Shown: positions 8,700 to 17,842 of the stretch, one piece after another
How positions within the stretch are numbered: position 1 is the stretch's first letter
How the letters are laid out: each line of letters begins with the position of its first letter
Origin: Magnetococcales bacterium
GTDB lineage: Bacteria; Pseudomonadota; Magnetococcia; Magnetococcales; UBA8363
Assembly (NCBI GenBank): GCA_015660855.1
Contig: JACSDG010000028.1
Span: forward strand, 8,685 to 72,684
Direction of reading: 5' to 3'
Length of the DNA stretch: 64,000 nucleotides
The notes under the pieces: generated by a model
What the model was told of the DNA's origin: nothing
Database searches by the model: none
Seen by the model: only the letters and a program-made list of their open reading frames with translations
Position numbers and translations under genes: made by a program

Positions 8700-9362
8700 T
8701 CAAAAAGAAGACCGCCCCTCATCCAGACTCGCCGCCTTTTTAAACTGCGCCACCGACTCTTCATGCCGCCCCATCTGCTCCAGCGTGAACCCCAGAGAAC
8801 GATAAACCTTGGGTTCGTCCGGGCGAACCCCAATCGCCTTCTTAAAGTAGGACACCGCCCGATCATACTGTTCCAAGTTATCCAACCCCAAAGCCATACG
8901 ATAGTTAAGATGAAAATTTTGCGGATCTTCCTCAAGGGCTTTTTCCAATACGGCTACCGCCTTGGCATATTCCTTGGTTTGCAGAAAGGCCATCCCCAGG
9001 ATGGATCGAACCCGGATGCCACCGCGCCCCAGTGCCTCAGCCCGTTCCAAAAGCTCAATACCCTCCTGGGTACGATCCATTTTCAGATAACAAAAACCCA
9101 GATGAAACAAGGTATCCTCATCCGCCGGCCATTCCACGAGAACCTTTTCCAACATGGTAGCGGCGGCATCGTAGCGACCACGCCGGGTATACTCTATCCC
9201 CCGCTCCTGGTAATAGTGCAGCCGCAATTCGGAATCCACCACAAAAAACCGATTGTAGCTTTCGGTGGCTGAGATAAAAGCCCGCTTGACCACATGCAAG
9301 GCGGCATGGAGAAAAAATCCGACATCGGACATTGGATTTGGGCTGCGGTGCTCGGGTCTCAT
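8700..9362 (-). CDS. mamA: MamA (TPR magnetosome-associated protein)
   Basis: Five TPR-like repeats. The C-terminus KKAIGVRPDEPKVYRSLGFTLEQMGRHEESVAQFKKAASLDEG closely follows the conserved MamA C-terminus (...YEQMGRHEEALPHFKKANELDEG). ATG preceded by AAGGGA. Confidence 0.9.
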   Translation of the reverse strand: MRPEHRSPNPMSDVGFFLHAALHVVKRAFISATESYNRFFVVDSELRLHYYQERGIEYTRRGRYDAAATMLEKVLVEWPADEDTLFHLGFCYLKMDRTQEGIELLERAEALGRGGIRVRSILGMAFLQTKEYAKAVAVLEKALEEDPQNFHLNYRMALGLDNLEQYDRAVSYFKKAIGVRPDEPKVYRSLGFTLEQMGRHEESVAQFKKAASLDEGRSSF

Positions 9363-9396
9363 TGGTCACATCCCTTTTCAAACGAATCCATGGTTT

Positions 9397-9449
9397 AAAA
9401 AACCGGGGGTTTTGCCCCCAAACCTCCACCGAGGAGGATGATCCCCCCG
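9397..9449 (+). repeat. NH-REP, partial copy (H2 variant + degenerate H3)
   Basis: aaaaaaccgggggttttgcccccaaacctccaccgaggaggatgatccccccg, in the mamP-mamA intergenic space. Confidence 0.7.
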
Positions 9450-9487
9450 AAGCTGCTCGTCATCCCTGGGCCAATCCCCCGGTGATG

Positions 9488-10279
9488 TCAAGGAACGATC
9501 TTATGACAGGCCACGCACGGGCCACGATCCTGATGCGGTCTGCCAACCCCCACCCGGATGGTTGGCGGCGGGAGAATAATGCCATCGGGATCGGGAACAA
9601 GATGTCCGGTCACACCGATGGCATGACAATCGGTACACGGTCCCCGGTAAGGATGCGGCCTTATGTCGCCCGGCAAAACCATGGGGGCGGTTTCCACCTG
9701 GGTAAAGCCCAGATTTTCGCCCGGCATCGATACCAACTTAAAACTCATCCAAGCCCCGTTCCGATAGACCATGAGCATGGCACTCTTGCGATTCTGCACC
9801 TTCCGGCTTTCCCGATACATGTCTTCCAGACTCAAAACCGGACGATTGTTGATCGCAACCAAGACATCCCCAGCCAAAAGACCCGCCCGAGCCGATTGCA
9901 AACTGACCTCATCGATCAGAACGCCTTCGACGTTCATCGGATAATTCAATTTTTTCTTGAGTTCTGTCGTCAGGGGTAACGTTTCCATCCCCTGCCAATG
10001 GGCCTCAGATTTTTTTATTTTTGCGGAAACAAACTCCGGTAACGCTGCCACAGGCGGAACCTTAACGACCGTTTCCGGGGTTGCAAACGAGAGGGGAGGC
10101 TGGCCCATCATGGCCACATTGACCGCCACAGGAAGCGACGTACCCCCGCTAGGCAACCTGTCTGCCTGTGGCTCCCCCAACCGGAGGGCATCGTCGGAAT
10201 GGCCAAACAGCCCGACGATAATGATAACCACGGTACCCAGAATACCAGCGGTTACTACCCCCTGTCCGACCCCTTTCAT
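9488..10279 (-). CDS. mamP: MamP (PDZ + two magnetochrome c-type haem domains)
   Basis: TM anchor, a PDZ-like segment, and two CXXCH motifs in magnetochrome context ([13 protein letters not shown] and [14 protein letters not shown]). The start is set to ATG 10279, which overlaps the mamO stop (ATGA). The track ORF extends to 10366. Confidence 0.85.
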   Translation of the reverse strand: MKGVGQGVVTAGILGTVVIIIVGLFGHSDDALRLGEPQADRLPSGGTSLPVAVNVAMMGQPPLSFATPETVVKVPPVAALPEFVSAKIKKSEAHWQGMETLPLTTELKKKLNYPMNVEGVLIDEVSLQSARAGLLAGDVLVAINNRPVLSLEDMYRESRKVQNRKSAMLMVYRNGAWMSFKLVSMPGENLGFTQVETAPMVLPGDIRPHPYRGPCTDCHAIGVTGHLVPDPDGIILPPPTIRVGVGRPHQDRGPCVACHKIVP

Positions 10280-12189
10280 GACAAAATCATTCGCGCAGAA
10301 ATAAAAAACATCAAAAATGCATACATCCAGCGCAAGGTGTTCAGCGGAGCCACCGTCGTCAACCATGCGCCAATAAAACCACCAAGATAAGCCCCTGGGG
10401 TCAGGATGATCGCCAAAATCAACGGTGTGGCCACGGTAAAGGCACCACTGGTCACCCCATGGATCATGGCCACCAACGATCCCACAATGGATGCAAAGAA
10501 AACCAATACGGCACTGTTGGCAATGGCTCGACGTAGCGGAGCGCGCAGAATGTAGCGCTGCAAAGGAACCTCGATGACGCCTCCCGTTATGCCGAGAATG
10601 CCACTGATCATCCCCATGGGCAACCCCAGCAACCCGTGGGCCAGAGTGGCGTTCCCCACCAGGGACGAAGGATAGGGCCCCGTTGGCTCACTGGCACCAA
10701 TGATGCGCTGCAAATCACCCAGCAAACCCTTACGTTCCCTTGATTCGGAAATTTCCACCAACATTTTTATGGAAAGAAAAAAGGCAAAAATCCCCAGGAG
10801 GAGGCGAATAACCGATGCGTTCAGAACGTTGCCGACAAAATAGCCCAGCACCACCCCCACCATGGCCCACGGTACCATGGGTTGGATATCCGACCAGCGA
10901 TAGACGTTGTCCCGACGGTAGCGCAGGGACGCCCCTCCATACATGAAAATGTTGGTGATATAGGCCACAGGCCGCACCAGCAACAGCCCATAACCAAACA
11001 CCGACATCAAACCGATAACCTTGATGATGCCACCCCCCATGGTCATCATGCCACCACATAATCCAGAAAAAAATCCCAACAACAACAAACCCAGAAAAGT
11101 AGGGACGGGAAACCCGAGAATACGCTGCGTCGTCGCGTGACTCTGGCCCCCACCGGCGTTAATGTCCGGCATCCCTTGATACGCGGGCAACTGATGCCCC
11201 AATTGCGCTTCCAGCATGGCCTTGGCCCGGTTCCACCAATCGTCGGCCCTTCGGGGGGGACGTTCAATTCCCGGAGTGGATGGCTGCGGCACGGCCATGG
11301 CTACCGGAACCGACTGGGGCACAATACCTGCCCCCGGTTGTTGATTGATCTGGACCTGGGGAGGAAAATCCACCACATCCTGAAAATGCGTCACGATAAC
11401 GTGCGAAGGGAGGGCATAACCCAAAAACAGGTTACCCGGGGCCTGAATCAACAAATTGATTCCCAACAGACGGCCCTTATCATCCACCAAAGGCCCCCCC
11501 ACCATGGCCCAATGGTTGACCGCGCTGGTGGTCAAAAGGTGGGTCAACTCGGTGGAACCCACCCGAACCGGACTTCTGGAAACCTCCGCATCGACAATCC
11601 CGACGTTACGCAAAACCGACGAACCGTCCGGGTCACCCCAGGCCACCACCGGAGTGCCGGCCAGCAACTGCCGCGAATCTCCCGGCAATAAATAAGGAAA
11701 AATATCCTTGGAGACTATTTTCACCAACGCCAGATCGTGTTGGGCCACCGACTTGACCAACTGACCCGAATATTGCCTGGGGCCCATCGGCGTCTGCACG
11801 CGAATAAAAATTTCCTTCAGCCCAGCCAGGAGGTGGTTTGCCGTCATCACATGGCCATTGGCAGTAATCACCACCCCCGACCCCACCGAAACAAACTTAT
11901 TCTTTCCCCCCGTGTCCGCCACGGTCCCAGCAATGTTCACCAAGGCCGCCCGCACCATGGTGTCAACGGGATCATAACTCGCCGCCGCCGGCAGAGCCGC
12001 CACCTGGACCGTGGGAACGCCGGCATTCGACAACGCCGCCAAGGATCTCAGCTCATCCCGATGTTCCTTGATGAGATGAAACCCCCAGGCAAAAGTACCG
12101 AGAACCAGCAAGGTCAAAATGATGGCCGGGGTGTACCAATGTTGCCGGCAAAAAGGCGGAGAAATGGATCTCTTTGCGGATTTGGCCAC
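10276..12189 (-). CDS. mamO: MamO (degenerate trypsin-like domain + TauE/SafE-like membrane domain)
   Basis: The protease-fold half has His (MTANHLL) and Asp (HDLALVKI), but the GNSGGP serine box reads AMVGGP, so there is no nucleophile. The C-terminal half is a polytopic TauE-like domain. GTG start preceded by GGGAG. Confidence 0.85.
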   Translation of the reverse strand: MAKSAKRSISPPFCRQHWYTPAIILTLLVLGTFAWGFHLIKEHRDELRSLAALSNAGVPTVQVAALPAAASYDPVDTMVRAALVNIAGTVADTGGKNKFVSVGSGVVITANGHVMTANHLLAGLKEIFIRVQTPMGPRQYSGQLVKSVAQHDLALVKIVSKDIFPYLLPGDSRQLLAGTPVVAWGDPDGSSVLRNVGIVDAEVSRSPVRVGSTELTHLLTTSAVNHWAMVGGPLVDDKGRLLGINLLIQAPGNLFLGYALPSHVIVTHFQDVVDFPPQVQINQQPGAGIVPQSVPVAMAVPQPSTPGIERPPRRADDWWNRAKAMLEAQLGHQLPAYQGMPDINAGGGQSHATTQRILGFPVPTFLGLLLLGFFSGLCGGMMTMGGGIIKVIGLMSVFGYGLLLVRPVAYITNIFMYGGASLRYRRDNVYRWSDIQPMVPWAMVGVVLGYFVGNVLNASVIRLLLGIFAFFLSIKMLVEISESRERKGLLGDLQRIIGASEPTGPYPSSLVGNATLAHGLLGLPMGMISGILGITGGVIEVPLQRYILRAPLRRAIANSAVLVFFASIVGSLVAMIHGVTSGAFTVATPLILAIILTPGAYLGGFIGAWLTTVAPLNTLRWMYAFLMFFISARMILS

Positions 12190-12192
12190 GGT

Positions 12193-12309
12193 TCACTCCC
12201 ATCCGAAGGTCAGAAGGTTGGCAAAAAATTCGCTCCCCAAAACACCACCGATCCCCACCGCATCCGGTCCCTCCACAAAACCCGCCAATCCTCGAAACAG
12301 GTCATCCAT
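12193..12309 (-). CDS. Candidate 38-codon ORF exactly filling the mamM-mamO gap
   Basis: ATG 12309 lies 4 nt after the mamM stop, and TGA 12195..12193 lies 3 nt before the mamO GTG. Product MDDLFRGLAGFVEGPDAVGIGGVLGSEFFANLLTFGWE. It is below the 60-aa cut-off of the ORF track. No homology recognised. Confidence 0.35.
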   Translation of the reverse strand: MDDLFRGLAGFVEGPDAVGIGGVLGSEFFANLLTFGWE

Positions 12310-12313
12310 CGCC

Positions 12314-13276
12314 TCATTCACCCTCATTGCCCTCCTTGGACTGGGACAAACCCAAGGCTGCTAAACTTTGCTGCCGCAGTTTGGCAAACGGTTCCTCGCT
12401 GTCCTTGTGGGAACGAAACTGCACACCCACATCGCCCACATGGGGAATGGATGTGACCAGGGCTTCCTCAACCCGCATGGCCAAAGCCTTGGCCTTAACC
12501 AACGTCAGCTCCGGATCAACTCCGATAATCAAGGTAATCCACAATTCCTGGCCCACCTGGCGGGTGCGAACCTCTCCCACATCCTGAACCCCCTGAATCT
12601 GCAACGCCTCCTTGCGAATACGCTCCACCACTTTCTTTGGTGCCGCCGTATCCATAAGACCGCTGAAGGCATTCCAGAATATTTCCCCCGACAGATAAAT
12701 CAAATGCACGCTTTCCAACATGGCGACGGCGGTATCCAACCAGGGCATCCCCAGATAATGGGATCCCACAATGCCCACAGCCACGGCCATCGAAGAATAT
12801 CCGTCGGTCAGGTGATGCTTGGACAACAACTTCACCACCGGCGAATTGATCTCGTGGCTGACGCAATGGGTATAGCGGTGCATGAACCAGTTGACCCCAA
12901 CCGACAGCAACGCCGTCCACAAAGCGATCAGGTGCGGCGCGTTATGATTGCCGTCCAGTAGGTTGCCCGCAGAAAAATAAAACAACAGCCCCGTCACAAT
13001 CAGCAACACAAGGCTTATTGCAAGGGAAAGCAAAAACTCCACCTTGCCATGACCAAAGGGGTGTTCCTGATCCAACGGCTTCCTGGAAACTTTAAGACCG
13101 ACGATGATAACAGACGAGGTAACCACATCTTTGGCCGAATACAAACCATCGGCCACCAGGGCGTGCGAACCAGAAAAGGTTCCGATAAACAGCTTGAGCA
13201 CCGACAGAACCAAGTTGGTTGCGAGCCCAATCCAGCCGACCCCCTCGTAACAGACGACGCACTTGGAATATCTCAT
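12314..13276 (-). CDS. mamM: MamM (magnetosome CDF-family transporter)
   Basis: MRYSKCVVCYEGVGWIGLA...ALVADGLYSAKDV...PLDQEHPFGHGKVEFLLSL...GVDPELT follows MamM closely (MRKSGCAVCSRSIGWVGLA...DAEHPYGHGKVEF...GVDPEHT). Confidence 0.88.
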   Translation of the reverse strand: MRYSKCVVCYEGVGWIGLATNLVLSVLKLFIGTFSGSHALVADGLYSAKDVVTSSVIIVGLKVSRKPLDQEHPFGHGKVEFLLSLAISLVLLIVTGLLFYFSAGNLLDGNHNAPHLIALWTALLSVGVNWFMHRYTHCVSHEINSPVVKLLSKHHLTDGYSSMAVAVGIVGSHYLGMPWLDTAVAMLESVHLIYLSGEIFWNAFSGLMDTAAPKKVVERIRKEALQIQGVQDVGEVRTRQVGQELWITLIIGVDPELTLVKAKALAMRVEEALVTSIPHVGDVGVQFRSHKDSEEPFAKLRQQSLAALGLSQSKEGNEGE

Positions 13277-13316
13277 GGGTCAACCGAAACCTGCCCTGAA
13301 AAAGTAACGAACGCGA

Positions 13317-13449
13317 TGCCCTGCGGGCAAAAACAACAACCTTGGGCGCTCTCGCCCCCAAACCCCCATAGGCAATAAAGCTTTTTTGTTTTAATTCAAA
13401 AACAAAACCTTGGGGCGCTGCCCCAAACCCCGCCGGGGGGGATGATCCC
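13317..13449 (+). repeat. NH-REP, composite copy (H1, H2 variant, AT-rich spacer, second H2 variant, H3)
   Basis: Reverse-complement match to the composite copy at 49787..49953, including the spacer ccataggcaataaagcttttttgttttaattcaaaaac. It overlaps the last ~19 codons of mamL. Confidence 0.85.
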
Positions 13450-13687
13450 AATCATCGGCATATTCATCCGACTTTTTGCTTCCCGCACGCACGATAAAAT
13501 AAAAAATGGCCAGCGCAAACCCGGCAATAAACGCCCCCGCCAACGCCAAAATAACCGGCATTTCAACCGCATCACCAAAAATAAACCTTACCTCGGTCCC
13601 GTGCATGTTCTGAGAGGCAAAGATTAAAAGGAATATGGCAAAAATCAGTGATATGACAAGCCTGACCACGCGACAAATTCCTCGCAA
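13391..13687 (-). CDS. mamL: MamL-like small magnetosome membrane protein
   Basis: Two TM helices (RVVRLVISLIFAIFLLIFASQN...VEMPVILALAGAFIAGFALAIFYFIV) as in MamL, positioned between mamF and mamM. The track start 13687 is TTG. GTG at 13669 has a GAGGA 9 nt upstream. The C-terminal WDHPPRRGLGQRPKVLFLN is encoded by the NH-REP copy. Confidence 0.65.
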   Translation of the reverse strand: MRGICRVVRLVISLIFAIFLLIFASQNMHGTEVRFIFGDAVEMPVILALAGAFIAGFALAIFYFIVRAGSKKSDEYADDWDHPPRRGLGQRPKVLFLN

Positions 13688-13802
13688 TCAAAAAGATGAT
13701 GCCAACAACCCTCACTTTCAGGCCCACGGACTTCCGCCCATCGGAGGAAATACCATCCCGCCAACGCCCCCGCCGCAACCACAGCCCATCCTGGACCACC
13801 AG

Positions 13803-14117
13803 TCAAAGTTTTTCAGCCAATTGTCCCACAAAAGGGAACCGCCAGGTTCTACCCAGAAATACCGCAACCAATCCCACTACCGACAAAACGAAGCAAAGAA
13901 GGCTGGACACCTGGAAAAAAACCCGGCCCACGCCAGGAATCACCAAGCTGAACACCGCCAGAACTTCCCATATCCAAAGAACCACCCCCTGCCGCGCGTG
14001 GAAGCGCACAAAAGGATCGATTTTCCCCAGGACCAACGGCACCAAAGCCAATATTCCCAGATAACTCATCGCTGCGGTAATTTGTGTTGCGGTTGCAATC
14101 GGTCTTCTCATGATCAT
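13803..14117 (-). CDS. mamF: MamF/MmsF-family magnetosome membrane protein
   Basis: YLGILALVPLVL...FVRFHARQGVVLWIW...VVGLVAVFLGRTWRFPFVGQ matches the MamF/MmsF (DUF4870-type) pattern. ATG 14117 is preceded by GAGGGTGAG. A GTG alternative at 14201 would overlap the mamK stop. Confidence 0.72.
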   Translation of the reverse strand: MIMRRPIATATQITAAMSYLGILALVPLVLGKIDPFVRFHARQGVVLWIWEVLAVFSLVIPGVGRVFFQVSSLLCFVLSVVGLVAVFLGRTWRFPFVGQLAEKL

Positions 14118-14197
14118 TTTTCTCACCCTCGCATCAGCAAAACAAACAATCAGGCCCACACCACGACCACCCCAAAAATCCAGAGGCAAACCCGCGC

Positions 14198-15235
14198 TCA
14201 CTCCCCAATGACATCACCCACCTGTGTCCAATAGTCCGGTGGCAGTTCGGTCGCCAATTTCAGTGCCCCGGCAGCACCGGCATAGTCCGGCTCGTCCACC
14301 TTGAAAACATGAACCTCGCCAAAAGATTTCAAACCATCCTTCAACACCTGATCCAAACCCCGTATGGCCGACCCGCCCCCCGCCAAAATAATATTTTTCA
14401 CCGCATCCGCCTGATCCTCGGGATCAAAAACACTGACCAACTGTTCCAGACTTTCCAAAATGTCCGGGACAACGGTTTCACAGGCAAAGCGAACTTCCCG
14501 TCCGATGTCATAGTTTCTGGGCTTGCCACCAGAACGCAACTCCACCATCGCCACCTCCTGCGGTCCAGGACCCACATGGCTGAAACGCTCCTTGAGCTTT
14601 TTCGCCAACAGGTTGGTCATCTGTACCTCAGGGTGAGCCTCGGTAATGGCCGCCGCCAGGATGTCATCGATGTAGCTGCCCGCCTTGAGAAGCGTCACCT
14701 GCTCCTCCGGCAAGGGAATGGTCCCCTTCATGGCACACAAATCGGTCGTCCCAGCCCCAATGTCGATGATGATGGCGTTAGTCAGACGGTTGAGACCATA
14801 AGCCACCATGAAAGGTTCGGAAACCACCATGGAAAGATCCATCACCTCATCGGCAATCTTCAACAATTGCCCCTTGTTGGTCACCGAAGCCCGCGCCGGC
14901 ACCCCAAGAATGCCACAAATGCGATCACCCGGAGCGGGAGACACCAAACCAATGGCATGCTTCAACAATTCCCGCGCCGCCTGGGTATTTTGCTCCCCCG
15001 TTTCTTTAAGGACACCATCTTCCAGGGGAAAATGCAGATCCATATAGGATTTTTTAGCCAGAGCCTCGTCCCCCACCGCAAAAGTGCGATTGAGGAGCTT
15101 GACCCCGAGAATATCCTTGGGATAACCAACAACCGAACGCACCAACCCCTTGCCACCCCGGCTGGACATGATCGTCGTGCGAGAAGTTCCCAGATCAATA
15201 CCCAGAAACAGCGTTTTATCCATTTCCTGAATCAT
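14198..15235 (-). CDS. mamK: MamK (actin-like magnetosome filament protein)
   Basis: Actin/MreB ATPase motifs (LGIDLGTSRT; IIIDIGAGTTD; IILAGGGSAIRGL), about 345 aa, located after mamE. Confidence 0.92.
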   Translation of the reverse strand: MIQEMDKTLFLGIDLGTSRTTIMSSRGGKGLVRSVVGYPKDILGVKLLNRTFAVGDEALAKKSYMDLHFPLEDGVLKETGEQNTQAARELLKHAIGLVSPAPGDRICGILGVPARASVTNKGQLLKIADEVMDLSMVVSEPFMVAYGLNRLTNAIIIDIGAGTTDLCAMKGTIPLPEEQVTLLKAGSYIDDILAAAITEAHPEVQMTNLLAKKLKERFSHVGPGPQEVAMVELRSGGKPRNYDIGREVRFACETVVPDILESLEQLVSVFDPEDQADAVKNIILAGGGSAIRGLDQVLKDGLKSFGEVHVFKVDEPDYAGAAGALKLATELPPDYWTQVGDVIGE

Positions 15236-15276
15236 CTTGATCGACTCCCCTGATAAACTTCCACCAATCGATGGAG

Positions 15277-17538
15277 CTATTGCAATGTGGCAAACATGCG
15301 TTGATTCATACGTTCAATCTCCACCAACACACCCGTGCGAACCTTGACCGCCTTAATGGCATTGTCCAACGCGGTTGCCGAAGGAACCGGCAAACCGTTG
15401 ATTGCTACAACCAAATCACCGCGCCTAATCCCGGCCCTCTCTGCCTGCGCCCCCACATCCACATCGGCCACCAACCCGCCAAACTTGCCCCGAAGATCGG
15501 GATTGCGCTGCCATGCCGCCTGATCCATAGGAACCATTTCCATCCCCATCCATTCAAATTCGGTGGGAGGAGCGGCTGGCTTTGCCTGACCAGGAACCCC
15601 GGGCGGGTTACCCTGAGGCGGAAAATTTTGTCCGGGGACCGCAAACTGGCCCTGTTCCGCCGCCAGCATCGGATCTATCCCATTCTGCCCCCCTGAAATT
15701 TGCGGCTGCGTCATGGGCTGCTGCATCATGGGAGACGGCCCCGCCACGGGCAACCATGTCGCCGAAGAGGGCTGCCCACCAACGTTGCGCCGGGCTGTAT
15801 CCAGTTCCATCCGCACCCCACCCCGATGCACCAGAAAACGGACCGCATCGCCACGTTGCAAACGATCAAAGGACTCCTGAACCTGGCCCATCGTCTTGAG
15901 CCAACGCCCATCGACCTTGAGCAACACATCATTCGCCCTGAAACCCAAAGATTCCCCAGACATTCCCGGATGCACGGTATCGATCACCGCACCGAAGGGA
16001 ACCGGCACCTGCAACCCTTCGGATCGAGCGGCATCCAGCATGCTCCAGGTAACTCCCAGACCAGCATCGCCGGCAGCCGCGACGGAATCCGCCATACCTG
16101 CCGCTGCCACGGTCACCCCTATGGCACCACCCGGAGAAAAGGAAAACTGCTGCATGGCGTCAAAATTGCCCTCATCGGCCTTCCCCATTCCCAGACCCGG
16201 TTTTTGGTGCAAACCAGGACCAGGACCCACCCCAAAAGCGATCGGCTGGGGGGAAGGTATGATCTGGTGACAGTTCACGCACGGCCCCCAATCATCGTGG
16301 GGCAGCGCAGCATCGGCCTGGATGGGAGGTCCCTTGGTTTGCGGAGCGGCAGCATTGGTAAAAGCCACCGGTTGCGGGCCGGGAAGAATGTCATGACAGT
16401 TGGCGCAAGGACCGCGATCACCGTGGGGGGGCTTGGCGTTGGCCTGGATGGGGGGAGGCGGACGGACGGCGACATGCGCACCCGCCGCTTGGCCAGGCAT
16501 GGGCAGATCGGGACGAACGTTCGGCAGCGTGATCCAGTCTTCGAGAAAATCCCGGGCGGTGTTGATGGGAACCGCAAAGCCGACGCCAGAAAAAGCACTG
16601 GTGGTGGTATAAATGGCGGTGTTGACACCAATCACCCACCCCTGTCCATCCACCAGGGGACCGCCGGAATTGCCACGATTGATGGCGGCATCGGTTTGCA
16701 ACAAACCTTTGTGCAGCACCCCACCAATATTAACCACCTTGCGTTTGCCAGCCACAATCCCCTTGCTGACCGAATGGTTGAGTCCAAACGGCGAGCCAAT
16801 GGTGATGACCGAATCACCGATCTGGGCGTTTTCACTGTTACCCAGGGCTGCGGATTTAAGTTTTCCCGCAGGTTCAATCAGGAGGAGTGCCAAGTCGCGG
16901 GTATTGTCACGAGCCACCACATCGGCGTGATAACTTTTATCCCCCATTTCGCCGTAGACCATGACAACAACATTTTTGGAATTTTCAACCACATGGAAAT
17001 TGGTAAGAATATGGCCTTCCTCGGTGACGATGATGCCGGAACCGATGCTTTCCTGGGAGACGCCGCTGAAAGGATTGGCGAATTGCAGACCACCGGGAGA
17101 CGGCGTTTGTCCCGCCTGAGGCAATTCGGGCCCGACGGCGGGACCAGTCGCCTGGGCCTGGAGCGGAGAGTCGTTGTGGGCACTGATGTTGACAACGCTG
17201 GGCATCATGGATTTCACGACGGCGGCAAACCCCCATGGACGGTTCAACAGGCTGGGGTCGGCAGCGAGGGGATCGTTTTGTTGCGTGGCCATGGCTGCCG
17301 CCATGGCCTGGGGTTGCAGAGGGGCGACACCGGGGGCATTGGACGCCGGATTGGGAACCCGCACGGAATTAACGCCACCCTGGACGTAGCCCAGGCGACC
17401 GTCAGCACTCTTGCCATAGTATTCGGAATACCAGTAGCCACCGACCATGATGGCCACGGCAAGCGCGACAATGAAGTAGAGGTATTTGTGATACTCTTTA
17501 CCGCAGAATTTGTCGGATCCGTTTGACTTGGAGGCCAT
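15277..17538 (-). CDS. mamE: MamE (HtrA-type serine protease with magnetochrome and PDZ domains)
   Basis: Intact triad context (TNFHVV, RDLALLLI, GNSGGPLVD), two magnetochrome CXXCH motifs (GDRGPCANCHD, DDWGPCVNCHQ) and two PDZ-like regions. The start is 6 nt after the mamI stop. Confidence 0.9.
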   Translation of the reverse strand: MASKSNGSDKFCGKEYHKYLYFIVALAVAIMVGGYWYSEYYGKSADGRLGYVQGGVNSVRVPNPASNAPGVAPLQPQAMAAAMATQQNDPLAADPSLLNRPWGFAAVVKSMMPSVVNISAHNDSPLQAQATGPAVGPELPQAGQTPSPGGLQFANPFSGVSQESIGSGIIVTEEGHILTNFHVVENSKNVVVMVYGEMGDKSYHADVVARDNTRDLALLLIEPAGKLKSAALGNSENAQIGDSVITIGSPFGLNHSVSKGIVAGKRKVVNIGGVLHKGLLQTDAAINRGNSGGPLVDGQGWVIGVNTAIYTTTSAFSGVGFAVPINTARDFLEDWITLPNVRPDLPMPGQAAGAHVAVRPPPPIQANAKPPHGDRGPCANCHDILPGPQPVAFTNAAAPQTKGPPIQADAALPHDDWGPCVNCHQIIPSPQPIAFGVGPGPGLHQKPGLGMGKADEGNFDAMQQFSFSPGGAIGVTVAAAGMADSVAAAGDAGLGVTWSMLDAARSEGLQVPVPFGAVIDTVHPGMSGESLGFRANDVLLKVDGRWLKTMGQVQESFDRLQRGDAVRFLVHRGGVRMELDTARRNVGGQPSSATWLPVAGPSPMMQQPMTQPQISGGQNGIDPMLAAEQGQFAVPGQNFPPQGNPPGVPGQAKPAAPPTEFEWMGMEMVPMDQAAWQRNPDLRGKFGGLVADVDVGAQAERAGIRRGDLVVAINGLPVPSATALDNAIKAVKVRTGVLVEIERMNQRMFATLQ

Positions 17539-17544
17539 GAGGTT

Positions 17545-17775
17545 CTACTCGTCCCCTGAAACCGTATTTCTGCCGAGTTCCTCGGCCAAGCCCACATCAT
17601 CCCGGGTTCCCTCATCACGCACCCGGGTGATACCGGCTCCCAAGGCGATGAAACCGAGAATGACAAGCAGCAAAGGGACGACGCCGCGCAACATTTCCAC
17701 CACAGACCACCACCAGACGGAGAGGCCCCAAAGGCCGAGAGCGAGGGCAACCAGCCCGAAAATTATGTTGGCCAT
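17545..17775 (-). CDS. mamI: MamI (small two-TM magnetosome protein)
   Basis: MANIIFGLVALALGLWGLSVWWWSVVEMLRGVVPLLLVILGFIALGAG carries the GLWGL..WWW signature typical of MamI. 76 aa, between mamH and mamE. Confidence 0.78.
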   Translation of the reverse strand: MANIIFGLVALALGLWGLSVWWWSVVEMLRGVVPLLLVILGFIALGAGITRVRDEGTRDDVGLAEELGRNTVSGDE

Positions 17776-17842
17776 ACGACCTATACACCCCCAACCGCTT
17801 TTAATTCAGAATTAACCTTATGCCAACCCACCCGGAAAAAAG

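Noticed and set aside
15700-17526. 608-aa ORF on the plus strand
   Set aside because: It is entirely antisense to mamE, which has unambiguous protease, magnetochrome and PDZ motifs. The product is R/G/H/P-rich with no recognisable motif, the typical shadow ORF of a GC-rich gene.
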